A DNA stretch of 64,000 nucleotides, from assembly GCA_030390025.1 (NCBI GenBank), contig CM059446.1, positions 11,904,001 through 11,968,000 on the forward strand, read 5' to 3'. This document shows, one piece after another, positions 37,695-51,891 of the stretch. A model generated the notes under the pieces. That model did not search any database. It was given only the letters and a program-made list of their open reading frames with translations, and was not told the origin of the DNA. Both the position numbers and the translations under genes were made by a program. The first letter of the stretch is position 1. Every line of letters begins with the position of its first letter. This DNA comes from Squalus acanthias. Lineage: Eukaryota.

Positions 37695-40600
37695 CATGCC
37701 TCTTCTCTATAAATGTTTAGTTATTATATTCAATACAGATCCTTCCTCTTGCTTTGACAATGGGCAGTGTATCTTGGTAATGTCATCATACCCACCTTTA
37801 CTTGAATGACTGGCTTCTCAGCTCAGTCAAGTTCCTGGAGAAATACCTAGCAAATTATTTGACGCTAAATGATCATCTGGATGAAATGTTGCCTGGTGCC
37901 AGACTGAGAAAAGGATTGGTTCCCTTTGAGAAGGATGCTTTGGAGGGATCAGTCAAATGGCCTGGCAGTTTCATTCACTCATAGTTCTGGAGTCAAGAAT
38001 GCTTCTGAATCTATTAATACAATGACACGTGGTGAAAAATAGAAGTGACTTTCTGAGGCCTTTATAACTGCCTTTTCGACTGAATCTCTTTGCTTGAAAC
38101 TGTTCTTTGACAAGAAAATCTGGATAAGTTCATCTTCTGTGTGACACTGTCCTGCAGGAGTAGGACAGGGCATATTGGATATCCTCTAGGCGCTCTGAGT
38201 GGAAAGTTCATCAGGACCCACAAATGTCTGAAGATCCTTTACATCAAGAGATGAACATGAACATCACTTTAAATGCTTAGAAATCTTAATAATTCCCATT
38301 GCTTTCCACTCAAACAGCTGGATACTGCTGTCCTATATTATCTGAAGCAACTCTGCAGGTCCAAGGCTCTGTTCCTGTCTCAGAGAATAACTTTAAAGGT
38401 GACTCATCTAGCCATGACATAGAGTGTTTTACTGATTATCTAAACAGATACAAATATCAGTGGGCTATACAGCAAAGTGCCTTCTTTGGACTTGATTTCA
38501 CCACCTCTACTCATGGTCAGCTCAGAGAAAAGTCTTGAAGTGGATGCTTTCTTCCTTTCCTGGAGCTACGTGGAAATCATACATTACTGTTGAATGAACT
38601 GAACTGATGGTCCATCTTGTCTGAAGGATGGCGCCCTTCATTTAAGGATTTATTAGTAAAGAAAAACAAAGCTGTAACTACCATAACTATCAGTTGAAAG
38701 TTAATGCTATCTTGGCAGCTTTTGAACTCCATTTCTGTCATAACCAAGTGATACACAGTGTAATTTCTAGCTCTTTATGAATAACTGTATTTTTTGAATG
38801 GGCAGCTGAGCACATTACTTTTTTGTCGCATTTACTGAATAATCTAACAATCACATTTAACAGTAGTGCTAAAAGGCTTCAAAATGATGAATTTATAAAA
38901 CTGTGTTGCATAAAACTAATCTGTGCTGATTTTATTTGTATTTTTCCACTCCTCTTGTGCTTTTGTTCACAATGACTGACAGTGCTGTGTTTTTATGTCA
39001 TTGTCCTGTCTGCAGCAGGGTAGTTCAGACTCTGATTAGCCAAGTAAAGGAATATATTTGATTAGCATTGATGCAGCTGCTCCTCACTGACAGTGAAAAG
39101 GTCAGAGACAAGCTGTGGGTGGCCTTCATGGTGTGCTTCTCGAGTTAATTGAATTAGATGTATAGCATTCTGATGTAAGGCAGTGCCAAAAAGACATTAG
39201 TGTCTCCAAAAAGTACTGCACTTCTGTGTGTTTAAAAAAAATTATTCAAATTTGAATGTGGTGCGGAATATTTTGTTTGATTTATAGTCCCAGTAATTGG
39301 GATGAGTGCATGCTTTCCCATTTAAACATTTGGCTTGTGCTTCTATAAATAGGAAATGCATTGACCCCTGATTACTGATCACTAAGCTAACTTTTGCCTT
39401 TGTGTTAGCTCCTCTTAAATATTCTGGCCAGCTTCTGTTGTCTGGCATTAGCACAGAAATTGTAACATTGTCTTTTTACCTCCCACCAACAGATGACAAG
39501 CATGTCTGCTGTCTGACATGTGACACTGCCTGATTGGGAAATCTCAATGATCATAAATCAACAGCTCCAAATTACCCTCAAATCTGTCTGTATTGTATAG
39601 AAAATGCAAGGAAATGGTAATAACACGGTATGGGATGGAATACTTTGGTCAGTGAAGTAGTGTGATGCAAATGGAGGCTCTATACTGCGTCCGGCCTGCA
39701 CTATACCTAATTTAAGAATGCTCCATGCAACATGGCTATTGTTGTGCTTGACTGGTGCACACATTGTTTATGTAAGTCCATTGCAGTATTAGTACAGTAA
39801 TTATATAAGCCCAGCCCAAATTGACCATCACCAATTATTTTTTTCAGATTCTCCTCCCGGTGCAACCTCTTAATTGCATGGCCGAAACTGAAAATTTGCC
39901 ATACAGGGAATTACTGGTGCAAATCATTTAACACCAGACAAAACCCACAATTAAAATAACAGTCAGATAAATAGTGTCATATTTTTGAAAATTGGGACCT
40001 TTTATTTGATAGGCTCATTTGCAGGCCTCTCTGAAAGCTATCAGCATGTTTTGCAGGCAGACTTTTGTAGCCATTGCTTACATTTCTACTTTATAAAATA
40101 TTTTGTGTTCTCCAAATGCTTTCAGAACAAAAAAAATCAGTGGCAGTATCATTTACTAATACATTTTGTTTTAAAATTGTACTATTCTGTGCAACCAACT
40201 GAGTTTGTGACTTGGATTACTAATATCCACGCAGTATTTGATGTGGGTAAGGAGACAGTGCTCTGATTTTGTTTTTGCTGAAGTTGTTGTAAGGTTAAAA
40301 TATTGACACTGGCTCTTCACAGCTACCGCTAACAACGTGCATGGATGCAAATTAATGGTTAAGTTCAGAGAAATCCACTGGCCTATTTATGTTGTGCAGT
40401 AAATTGAACTACACTCTTCAGTAAGCCTTGAAAGAAATGTAATAGAGCCTGTAATTTTGTTCACAACTTTGCCTGCAGTCTATACTTAACACACACATAT
40501 AATTTTACCTAGTTATATGAAATGGGATGGCATTACTCTGAAGTGGGGAGATAATAAGCTGAACTGTACCACTGTTTGCCGCATTAAGTGCATAATCTTT

Positions 40601-40889
40601 CAGGTTGTGTATATGGGTAGTGTCCACACCATCTATGTCCTTAGTCTGCATATAGTACGTGAGGGCGTGGTAGACGTCGCAAGATTTTTTTTGCTGAATG
40701 TCTCTTGATGCTTTTGTTAGGCAAAGAATGTGAGTAGTTATGTTAAAATTAATTTTATCACACATACCCCTCATTGTGTCTGTTACGTGCTTTCATGCTT
40801 CTGGTATATTTGTATTTTAAGCCTTTTGAATATTAATTTTTCCTGGTTATATTTCAAGCTACTGAATTTGGCTGGAATATGCTCCTCCA

Positions 40890-41200
40890 ATGGCACAGTA
40901 GATAACTGCACTGTGTGGTACTAAGCCAAACAGACCAAGAAGCTTCTAGGTTTGTGCTTTCGTGTATTGAGTGAGAAAATTTTTGCAGGGGCAGTACTGG
41001 TCTTCAGAATCAGCCTCTGTGTTCTCAAGCTAGGGTAAGAAATGATTGGCCAGTGATCATATAGCCCGATGATACAGACTAGGTAGGCTCACACATGAAG
41101 ACTGGTCTGTTGAATGAGGTAGCAGAGAGCTGTATTACTTTCAAAACTGTATTCCAGCATGAATCTACACCTTCAGAAGCAGAGGGGAGGAAATTAAAAA
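40890..41200 (+). mobile_element. Second SINE-like family copy
   Basis: Homologous to 15760-16055 in the opposite orientation; ends gaggggaggaaattaaaaagaaaaa. Confidence 0.55.
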
Positions 41201-41499
41201 GAAAAAACACAGATATATCTGATATAAAATAGTACAAACGATCATTTAATTTGTAAATCAATTGAAATGTGAATCTGAACAAAAGTGCATTTGCCTGCTC
41301 TTTTGGGGTCCATTTTATGAAATGGAAATAACTATTGTAGCCACTTCAGCAGAATTCGCAATAGAGATGGAATTTGATTACCAAATCAGAGGTTGATCAG
41401 ATAATGAGGCTTTCACATCTGTGCTCCTTGACTGAATTGCACCCAACAGATTGATCAACCATAGTTTTTTGTGACTCTTGAGGCCCTTTTGTACTGGTG

Positions 41500-41907
41500 C
41501 CAGTGGGCTATTTGCACTGCAAGTACAGGAGCTGGGGGGTCTTGTTAAACCAGTGGGCTATTTGCACTGCAAGTACAGGAGCTGGGGGGTCTTGTTAAAC
41601 CAGTGGGCTATTTGCACTGCAAGTACAGGAGCTGGGGGGTCTTGTTAAACCAGTGGGCTATTTGCACTGCAAGTACAGGAGCTGGGGGGTCTTGTTAAAC
41701 CAGTGGGCTATTTGCACTGCTAGTACAGGAGCTGGGGGGGTCTTGTTAAACCAGTGGGCTATTTGCACTGCTAGTACAGGAGCTGGGGGGTCTTGTTAAA
41801 CCAGTGGGCTATTTGCACTGCTAGTACAGGAGCTGGGGGGTCTTGTTAAACCAGTGGGCTATTTGCACTGCTAGTACAGGAGCTGGGGGGGTCTTGTTAA
41901 ACCAGTG
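41500..41907. repeat. Minisatellite, 8 copies of a 50-51 bp unit
   Basis: Unit ccagtgggctatttgcactgc(a/t)agtacaggagctggggggtcttgttaaa, head-to-tail with no spacers. Confidence 0.97.
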
Positions 41908-44106
41908 CCAACTTCAATATGAACCACTGATTGGTTAAAAGTGGGTTTTTCCACCATTGGATTTAGCAATTCCAGCTGGCTTACATTGGGGTTCCAGCTG
42001 GCTGCACGAGACCTCAGTGGTGCAAACACCATTGCCAAGAACATAAAGGGGCCTTTTGGCGGTAGTTGTACTGTGCTGTTAGTCTGAGACTTGAAGGTGC
42101 AGATTGCATTTCATAGCTGGCAAGACCTGTTTCATTGCCTTCTGTAGTGATGTTTCCTACAGCTTGAGTGGCTTGTTAGACCACTTCATAGGACATTAAA
42201 GGTCACCAGTGTCATGTGTAGGCCAAACCAGGCAGGTTTCCTTCTCTGAAGGGCAATAGTGAACAAAGTTGAGTTTTTAAAACAATCCTCCTTTCAGTGT
42301 CATTTTTGTTTCTGGTGACAATCCACAAATTACCAGAATTATTGGATTTAGTTTCATAACTTGGTACGGTGTGAGTTGAACTCACCGCCTCTGGGTTGTT
42401 AGTCTAGTGCATTAATCACTATGTTCACATCCATGTATAGAACTCCACTCCAGAAAAATTGTTTGTTTTAAGAGCGCAGAGGGACAACCTGCTTTCTCAA
42501 CATATAAAAGCCTTTGCATAAGTCAGTAAGGTGCCCCTACGCAGTGTCAGGCCCCGAGATGTGTGAAAGGCCTCCCTGAAGGAGTTTCACACCACTGCAT
42601 TCCACAGTTGGATTGACTCCTGACGCCAGAGTTTACTCAAATGGAAACTGCTTTGCAGTGATATAATTGTACCCCAAATGTTTCCTATTTTAAGTAAAAG
42701 CCATTTATTTAAAATCAATGCTTGTAACAGGCCATATTTAGAATATGTATATTCAAAGTGGAATTTTAATAGTTATATATTGAGGCTTATAAAAAATATG
42801 AAAATTGATCAGTTAGCGAAGAATTACAAGATGCAGCATATAAAACTTTCAGAATTATTAAGATAAAATGCAAAAGGTAACAGAAAAGTTACATTTGAAC
42901 AATTGAATTAAAACAAACCTTGTCACTACTCAAATTATAGAAAATAAACCATTCAGCATCATTAAAAAGAACAATCCAGGCATCAACTAGGTAATTATTT
43001 GTATAATTGGATAACCCCATTAATAATTAAAAGATGAAAATCACTCCGATGGAAGTTAGCAAATATAAAATGGCTTCCTTAAGAGAGCAGGATAGTTAAT
43101 TGAAAGTGCATTGGAGTACTCAGGCTGTGCAGAGCAGCATGGATATATTTAATGTCTATGGGATAGCAAATTGGAAATAATGTTTTCCCTTTAAAATACA
43201 ACGCATAATAACCAACAACAGAAGGAAAGTACAGTGCACTAATATTCAGTAAACGGCTTTAAATAGTTTTGTCACTGTGCTAACTCTAATATAAAAAGTA
43301 GGGATTACCCAGGAAGCTTAGTTATCCTGAAGGCTATCCTGTATCAAAAAAACTGGTTTGCCCATAAGGCATGCAGCAGTTCACCCGGCTGATGAAAAAC
43401 ACATGTCACTTTAGTTTGGCAGTGAAATCAGTCGTATACGGGAATCGGCTTTCAGAAATGATATCTATAGCCTGAAGGGCTTTTACTGCATCAGCCTAGA
43501 TTTAGCAATTTCATTCCCAACCTTGTTATTTGAAAGGCCCTGAGAGTGATATTTATATCTAGGAACAATGACATGATGTAGAAAGCAACTAAATAAGCTG
43601 TGCAGTCGGATGAGGGAGCGAATACTTGTCATACAATAGACTAGCATTTACTTGGGTCTGGCAAAGGAACAAAAGACAATGGTATTACATTCAAGGGTTT
43701 TCAGAGTGGAGCATTACATTATTTTGAATACTGCTTGAGGGGTTAAAACATAAAAACAAAATTAAAATGAGCATGAAAGATACACAATTCATTAAGAATT
43801 TCCTTGGGTATTCACTTGTTTCAAAGGCTTTTTGAAAAGAATGAGACCAGTGAGGAGTAAAGAGATGAGAATTAATGTGTATTTCTTTGTTACAGCATTC
43901 AGCTTCTTTTGTCACGATTTAGAGTACCCATGTTTTATTTCATTACAATATTCAAGGTTGCTGCAACCATAATCATTTATTTAGCCAGTTTGACATTGGC
44001 TGTATGAGAAATGTCTTGAGCCATTAATACAAATTTGATTTTCTTGTTGTCTTTCTCCTCCCTCTCATTTGTTTTTGTTGAGGAAAAATGTTTTCTTGAG
44101 TTTTAA

Positions 44107-44262
<156 letters not shown>

Positions 44263-46114
44263 TAAAATAAAATTGAAAGACAGCTTTCATGAATGGACCA
44301 TCTGAATTCCTATTATTGGTCCTGTGGTATTAACTATTAAGCATTATAGGGCATCATATAAAATAGCAGACTGAAGTTCAAGTGCGCAGTGCCATACAGT
44401 AGTGAAACATGGATTCATATTCTTGATTCTCCACATCTGAAATTCTGGTCATAATGGTGAAGGTTAAAAAACAGAAGTCAGGATCTTCACCATAGGGAGG
44501 AAGGGAAAATAGTAAGCATTAGTGCGCCCCCCGCCCCCCCCCCCCTCCCCTCCCCTCCTCCCAGGTCACGCCTGTGCACTTTTGACCACTTATTTATAGA
44601 ATGGCATTGTTGGGGGACTGAGAGCACTGTGCTGTGCGAGCCTTCGGGAAAAGTAAAAATGAGACCTATATAGATTTTTCCAGCAAAAAATATATCTTAT
44701 TGTATATGTGTCAGGAAAAAAATAAAGTTAAATGGTAGTTTTACAATTAATCTTCTGGTAGTAAAATGAAACAAAACGTAGGCCTGAGTATTCATACCTC
44801 TCTCTTAGCTTCTAGAAATTCTAAATTCTATTGCAAAAGGCACGTTACCTACTCAGGTGTGGGAGAGGATGTTTAAGATGGTTCTGCTTTCTGCAGAATT
44901 AGCCCCTTGATACCACTGGGGAGGAAGATCAATGCATCAAATTAGGAATCTAAGGACAACTTGAAGATGGGAGGTAAAATAGAAATCTGACCTCCCACCA
45001 ATCTAAATGTTCAATTTTGTTTTGTAATCTAGCATTGCTTTATCAGTTAAGATATGAAAGCATATTGGGGAAATCATAATTTTTATTTCTGACACAACTT
45101 GTGTTTTGAGATAACTGTTAACAGAATAATACATGCCAGCGTGCTTCTTAAAGTCATCTGGATGCCAAGTGATGGGAGCTGAATTTGGAAAAGTTACCTA
45201 AAGCTTGGTCAGAAAAGTAGATTTTGAAGATACTTTTGAAGGAAGTGGCGGGGGGGGGGGGGGAGGCGAGAGAGAGAACAAAGCATGAAAGGGACACTTC
45301 TACAGGGTTAGGTTTTGCAGCACTACAAATTACAAGCAAACTCCTCACCACAAACAGCTACTCTCGTGTTAGTAAAAGACAGCAGATCCTTGCACACAAA
45401 AGCAATATGCACGGCTCCTTGATTTAGCAATTTGAAGCAGCAAAAAAAGCTAAAGAGCAGCAAGAAGAAAAGCATAAGCTCGTGGTAGTTCGAACTTCAT
45501 AGGTGAAGGAAGTGACATCATCGGCGAGTTCGCATATTTGCAGAAAATAATATCGGGACCGGCACAATCGCCCAAGTGGTGCGATCAGCGCGTTTCAGGA
45601 AGTGGCCACAGAATGTCACTATTCACTCTGAATAAAGATTTAGCTCAGTTTTGAGACCAACAATCCTTTTGAAAGATATAATGCTGCATTTGCTACAGTC
45701 TCATCTGGCACGTGGACAGGAGAATCCTTCAATCACATCCAAAATCCCCCTCAAATGTACCAGTTAAATTAATTCTAGCCAAATGAATTACTATACTGTC
45801 GTTTTGCCCTGCTCTAAGTAAATCTTAAATGGTTACGTAGAAGGTAGCACTAAATGTGCCAGAAAATTGTCTCGGCAGTTTGTATCATGGAAACAAATCT
45901 TTGGGTAAACCTGTTGCTAAAGAATTGTTGATTTGAAGACTGCAGCTCGCATTACTGATGCTGTATGATAACCCTGACTCTGACACAGTTGAGACTCATT
46001 CTATGTGTGCAGTAGCATTGCATGATTGAGTTTTAAGAATTTTGCTTTTGAAGATGTGTGTAAGACACCGATTAGGGTAATTACATTGTCACCAAGCATT
46101 TCACTACAAATTAG

Positions 46115-47270
46115 GGTCTGCCACAGATAGCTATTTGGGTTCATTGGCGTCAGCCACTCCCTTGAGCAGTCTGGTCGCCTGCTTCTTGTGGAAGTTGATT
46201 CCCACTGCCCTATATCTACTAGCGTGGTTACGGGACCCAGGAGTGTAGCAATGAAATTCCCCTGTGTTCTGAATCGATCTCTGTGCCGTACGCACATGTA
46301 CTTGTTCAATGTCTCTGAACGGACCGAGTTAACACTGGGCGAGAAGTTTGGTTCAAATTGTAAGTTGCTTTATTCCACAATAGGTAAAATACACAGAACA
46401 ATGAAATTGATGAACCATTTGATACAATTGATAGCATTCCTGTTCACGTACTGTTATGAAACCAAAGAACACGAGTGCTAGCCCACTCTCGTGGGTCATT
46501 TAAATAGAAAGAAAGAAGACTTGGAAGCGCAATCTCGTAGTACCCCGTCCGACCACGGTTTGCAACCTTTGCAGCCTTCAGATGTTCATCTCCCTCTTAG
46601 TGCTTGTGTTTTAATTTTTTAAAAGCCTCTCTCTCAGCACCTACCACTATGAAAAAAGATTTGAATACCCAGGTGTAAAGTGTCCTTCTGAATAACCAGA
46701 TGTGGCTAATGATTTGTCCATTGTTTGCCTCTCTGAGAGAGCATCCCAACTGCATTGTAATTGCTATTTGTCTCACTAACTAAACCAGAGTGTCTTTTGA
46801 CACCACTGTGTCAGCCAATGAGTTGCACTGTGTCAGCCAATAAGTTGCACTGTGTCAATCAATGAGTTGGAGGCAGGGCGGGATCCACAGAAGGACTCAC
46901 AGCAAAGCAGACAAAGGGTCTCTACGAACTACAGCAAACAGAACTCTTGACCGAAACTACAGCAACGTCTCCCGATAACAGCAAAATGCAGTGAGTGGAG
47001 GATAGTTACATAATGCAATTTGTGTGTGTAAAATCAATCCCAGTCACTTACTAGAGGTGCAGTCTCTGGGCATGATTAACTGGGGAATTTCCCATTCATC
47101 TCCATTCTGGCTGGGAATAGTGGTGTCACTATGCAGCCTACCGATACACACTCAGAACATAAGCCATCTTGGGAAGTTACCCCCATTTTGGCAAGTTTTT
47201 GCTAAAACACCATCTTAACCTATCTCATGTCGAATTCCTTTCCGGGAGAAAATGGTCAAAGAATCCCAAA
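46115..47270. repeat. Unclassified interspersed repeat, copy 2 (with ~400 bp extra internal segment)
   Basis: Same ordered blocks and orientation as 23900-24635. Confidence 0.75.
46804..46869 (+). repeat. 3 x 22-bp tandem repeat containing CCAAT motifs
   Basis: cactgtgtcagccaatgagttg / cactgtgtcagccaataagttg / cactgtgtcaatcaatgagttg. Confidence 0.9.
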
Positions 47271-47467
47271 CGGTGACATATTGTTTTTGGGTTTAGTTCC
47301 AAACAAGATACACAGCTTGACAAGCCAGACTGGACTACTCTTTGGCTCCTACTTAGGTAGTATCTCTCATTCTTTGTATGTAGTTATCCCAAGTGTCACA
47401 TCCTACACCTTCTGAAGGTTGCTCTTGTGGTGTTTGGATTTCTCATTCACTTGACTATTAAGTTTAA

Positions 47468-47605
47468 TACATAGAATTGCATAGCGTTTACAGCACAGAA
47501 ACAGGCCATTCAGCCCAACATGTCTATGCCGATGTTTATGCTCCACATGAGCATCCTCCCACATTACTTCATCTCACTCTATCAACATATCCTTCTATTC
47601 CTTTG
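47468..47605 (-). mobile_element. CR1 3' UTR fragment
   Basis: tacagcacagaaacaggccattcagcccaacatgtctatgccgatgtttatgctccacatgagc is antisense to the tail type of the 34785-35482 copy. Confidence 0.8.
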
Positions 47606-48103
47606 AAAAAGTTAAGCCTTGTTCATTCAAGTGTAAGTGAATTTTTAAAGGCGTGATAAGTCTTAATTACTGCCAACCAACCTCTCTGGCACTAACTTTT
47701 GCAAGGGTGGTGTCTCATTCCTTCAGATTTTAATTGTTGTTGGAGATTTTTTAAAATTAAAAACTTTTTTTTACTTTTTCTGTCTCTTTATATCTCTCTC
47801 TCTCTCTCTTAATCCCATCTTTCTTTCCCTCTGTTTCTTTATTTCGCTTTCTGTACATGATTTACATTGAATTAACTAATCTAACTTATACTTCCTGGTT
47901 TAGACTGCGTTTCTCAGTAAGGATTCTTCAATCTGATTGGTTAAGGAGACACACCATTGCTTGCTCTGTTCACACAGGTCCCAGATCCCCTGTTTTTGCT
48001 CTCTAATAACTGCAAGTTCCAATGCAAAAGCCCACAGAAAGTCTGTGGACAAGTGTAATGAACAGCTAACGCTGTTTGTTCGCCTGACTGCAAAATCCAA
48101 GCC
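47606..48103. mobile_element. Truncated MITE (one arm plus core)
   Basis: Ends in AAAATCCAAGCC (compare AAAATCCAGCCC at 31189-31200) after hairpin gaacagc..gctgttt; pyrimidine-rich core. Confidence 0.55.
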
Positions 48104-48493
48104 AATATGTCTCATAGCAGGGGGGAAGGGTCCACGTCGAGAGTCCTTAGAGGGGCAATGTGCCTAGTTATTTCTCCCTTTGCAGTGATAACCTTATGGT
48201 ATGCGAAGGATAGGTATGTTTGGAGAATGCGGTGTGTCTTCTGTTTCATGACTGTTTTATTGAATTTTGAAGTAAGAGGAGATTTGGAAAAAGTAACTGG
48301 AGAGGCAACAAAAGGCATTTGTAAAAGGTAAATGTGTATTTTCAGTATCTCTTGAAAAGAGGGATTTGTCTAACAGTGTGACGTGTGGTTCTTTTGCTAG
48401 GTAAATATTGTAAATGTTGCATTTATTACAATATTTATAAGTGTGTTTATTATTCTGTCTCTTTTATTAATTTCCTTCCCTTTTTTGTCTTAG

Positions 48494-48554
48494 AGCCTAC
48501 TGGTCTAGTAACTTTTCAGAGACAGTGTCTTCAGAAATTTCCTGAATGGGAAAG
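48494..48554 (+). CDS. PARG: PARG internal exon (61 nt, phase 1-2): (K)PTGLVTFQRQCLQKFPEWE
   Basis: Long pyrimidine tract plus tag, donor gtaaga. Matches human [20 protein letters not shown]. Confidence 0.93.
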
Positions 48555-51500
48555 GTAAGAAAACTCTGCCGACCTATATTAGGGTTTAATTTATCCAGCT
48601 AACATTAACTTCAGCACAGCTACTACTAGTACCTAGTCATCACATTTTGCTCGGTCATTGCTGTGTTTGGTGTGGCTCTGTTGAAAAATGATTGAGGTTG
48701 CCAATAGCATATAGCGTTTGTACCACTTAACATCTGCCACTTAGACCCAACCTGTGGGCAGAATTCATGTTTGTGGGCAGAAATCATGTTCATGCCATCC
48801 AAGATGAAAGCTAGCTCAGTGTATCGCATTGCCTGCACTTAAATCAAGTCACACTTGACGGTTGTCACTTTCCAACTCACAGAATGTTTGTCATTGAATA
48901 GCTTTTTGTTGTGGTATAGTTTTAGTATTAATAAAATAGCACAGTAGTTTCTTTTCCTGGTTGGTGGATAAAAATCCAATCTAACAAGAAATTAAGATGA
49001 AAAGAACTGGTTACCAGCTAAACATGTATAAAATATGTATATTTTAATAGACTTCATCACTTACTAGTGCTGTTCCTTGACACTGAAATAAAAATCTCAG
49101 AAAAGTAAGCACATAATAAATCTGAGTGTTGCAAGAATTTGTTTTTATCTAGTATTGCAGATTGATGCGACCATATCGGTGTTGGTGCTTGATAAATGGA
49201 CAGCCCTAAGGATGTAGTTTTGGAGTTTATTCGAGAGCAATGTAACTAAAAGTAGCCACCTAGAGAGCCAACATCCCAGTCCCCTGGCACTAGCAGAGAG
49301 TGCTATTTGATTCAGTAAAGTGCAAAGGAGACAGATTCCTTCAAGCTTCTGTTGCAAGCGTGAGTTATGAAGGACAAGCACTCACATCAACTGAAAGGCC
49401 TCAGAAAAAGAATGAGATTGCTAAACAGTAAGCAGAGAAAGCCAGTAAAATCTATAAATTGCTGTAGTGCATCTGACGAGGAAAACTCATTGTGTGTGTT
49501 TAAATAATTTCTATTATACTGCATTAATGCTGTTGGTGAAATACTTTTCTGCCTTTAGCTTGAGGGTAGTTTGCTAATGTTAAATTTCAAGATATGTTGC
49601 ACTGGGATTTAATTGACATGTTTTTAGTGCATTAAAAGTCTATAGGGATAGTCAAACAGATGTGGTATGACTTCACCCTTTTGTAAGGTTAAGTCTTTGT
49701 AAAAAAAAAAATCTGCCCACTTTTTTCGTTTTCTGGAAGAAGTGCAGTATTCAGAGTCACTGCTACCAAGAGGTAAGATATAGGGTCTCACCTAAGATTG
49801 GCAACCAGAGAGATCAAAATCTCAGAAGGGCTGAATAGGAGAGGATCCAAGCACAGAGAAAGCAGTCCTACAGAGATACGGAAATTGGTCAGTGAGCCAA
49901 CTTGCCTCCGTCTCTTGGGGCTTTAAGCATTCAGTTTAGGAGTGTCAGTGACAGAGGCCTAGGACTAGGTTACAAGCTCAAAGAATTGGTGCAGTGTGAC
50001 CCAAAAAGGGGAGCAAGTTGCTTACAAAATGGGAGAAGGGAACAAAGAGTGGATTGTGATGCTTTCAGTAGTTTATTTCTTGATATGAATCTAAGTTAAC
50101 CTTTTGAAGAAATTAACGTTTATGTTGAAATTGTGGCCATCTTAGTTCAGTTCTGTTCTTGGTTATGAAAATTAAAATCACTGTTTAATTAGCCAATTTT
50201 ACTGAGACGGAATCCAACTTTCGCTGCTTTATGTGGAACTTATTTGTTTCATCAGGTGTGTGCTCCTGTAGTGCAAATATTTTGCATGTTTCACAGGTTT
50301 GCTTCTTAGTGTGCACATCCTGCACCTTTCGCCCACTGTCTTCAGGATTTTCGGATTTTCATATGGATAATTTCCAGGCAAAATATTGTTGCTTAGAAAA
50401 CAGCATTAGAAATAATGAGCATTCAATCATTTTTAAGTAATTGATGTGGCCTCTTAAATGTAAAAAAAAAGGCAAATTTAAAAAATGTGCATATACACAC
50501 ACATGGTTCAGAAGATGTGTGTGATTAGGGACCTGATCTGAATATTATTTTAAAACCTGGCACTTGAATGTGTTAGTTTCTATTTACTAGTCGTTTAAGC
50601 AAATGTCTGATGACTAGCATCAAAAGCAATATTAACTTCCTTTGGGCAGACCTTGTAAGATACTAAAAGAATATAAAATACAGGATGAGAAAAACTCTTG
50701 CACCAAAAGAAAGACCACTCCTCCCACTCTGTGAATATATTGAATTGAGTCCAGGGGTAAAGGAACGTATTATAATAATAATAATCAAATCCACTGATGT
50801 ACCGTTGTCACAGAAAAATGGACACTGGTGGAATTTGATCCAAAACACTGGTTAAAAATCCCAGAAAAATTCAATTTCACTCCATCCGCCATCATAAATG
50901 AGCGGGTCAGTTCATACAATGTGTGTCACATGGCATAAACCAGCATGTCTTACTTTCTGTGAGTAATGTCATGGGAGATCCACTAAAAAGTCCCCCAGTA
51001 GCCATCCAAATGTACGACTGATTTTTTAATTCCATTGCTTTTACAGCACTATTAAACATTGTTAAACATATTTATAACGTGTTAATTTAGATTTCTGGCA
51101 AGTAATCAAATTTGCTGAGGTGATATTTTTTCCTTTATCATTGTTTTTAATAGGCAAGAAAAAATGGTAGTAATTTTGTCCTCCCATATGAGTTAATATC
51201 TTGAATACACAAGCAGTAAGGCCTTACTGTCAGTTTGGACACTGAGTGCAAATTTATTTTCATTGGTGGTGGCCAGTAAATTTATTGCAAAGCATTAGCT
51301 TGTGTAAATTCATACCTTAAGCACTAAGGATGCTCATTGCTATGAATGTAATTTGCACATGGGATATAACTTTTGCAATACGTGAAGCTAACACAGCACT
51401 GAGAGTATGTTACGGTTCATAGTTTGAAGTTCAAGGTTCTACGGGATTCGATTTTTCTTATTGTGACAAGCTTCCATTTTCTTTCAAGGAGGTGGTTTAT

Positions 51501-51891
51501 CCATGTTTGATTAAACTGACTTGAAATTTCATGGCTCCAGTTCACTTGACAGATGCATACAGCCCAAGGCAATCTGTCTTATCTAAATACTTGGACTAGT
51601 ATATTTGCACAGGTATAATTGGATATTTTTCCAAATTTTGCTTTTGAAATGAAAATGAGACAAACAGCAATCTGATGAGGCCCTGATTTGCACATATTGT
51701 TTTAATGATGTGCTTGACTTCAGGATCAGGCTTTTGTTTTCTGTTTACACTGTTTGTAATTGGGTGTTTTTTTTCAGTTTTCATGATTAAAGTAATCATT
51801 TGGAAGCTTTTTCTTATTTCCTTTATACAATTTGTCTAGTATTAAAAAAAGTAATTTCTGTCCAATTTTATGTATGTGGACCAGTGATCTT

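Noticed and set aside
37083-37697. Overlapping ORFs up to 204 aa in a GC island
   Set aside because: Low-complexity Ala/Arg/Pro/Gly translations on both strands reflect stop-codon scarcity in a GC-rich MITE; no recognisable domain.
41500-41907. CRISPR-like array
   Set aside because: Units are head-to-tail with no unique spacers, there are no cas genes and the context is a vertebrate intron; it is a minisatellite.
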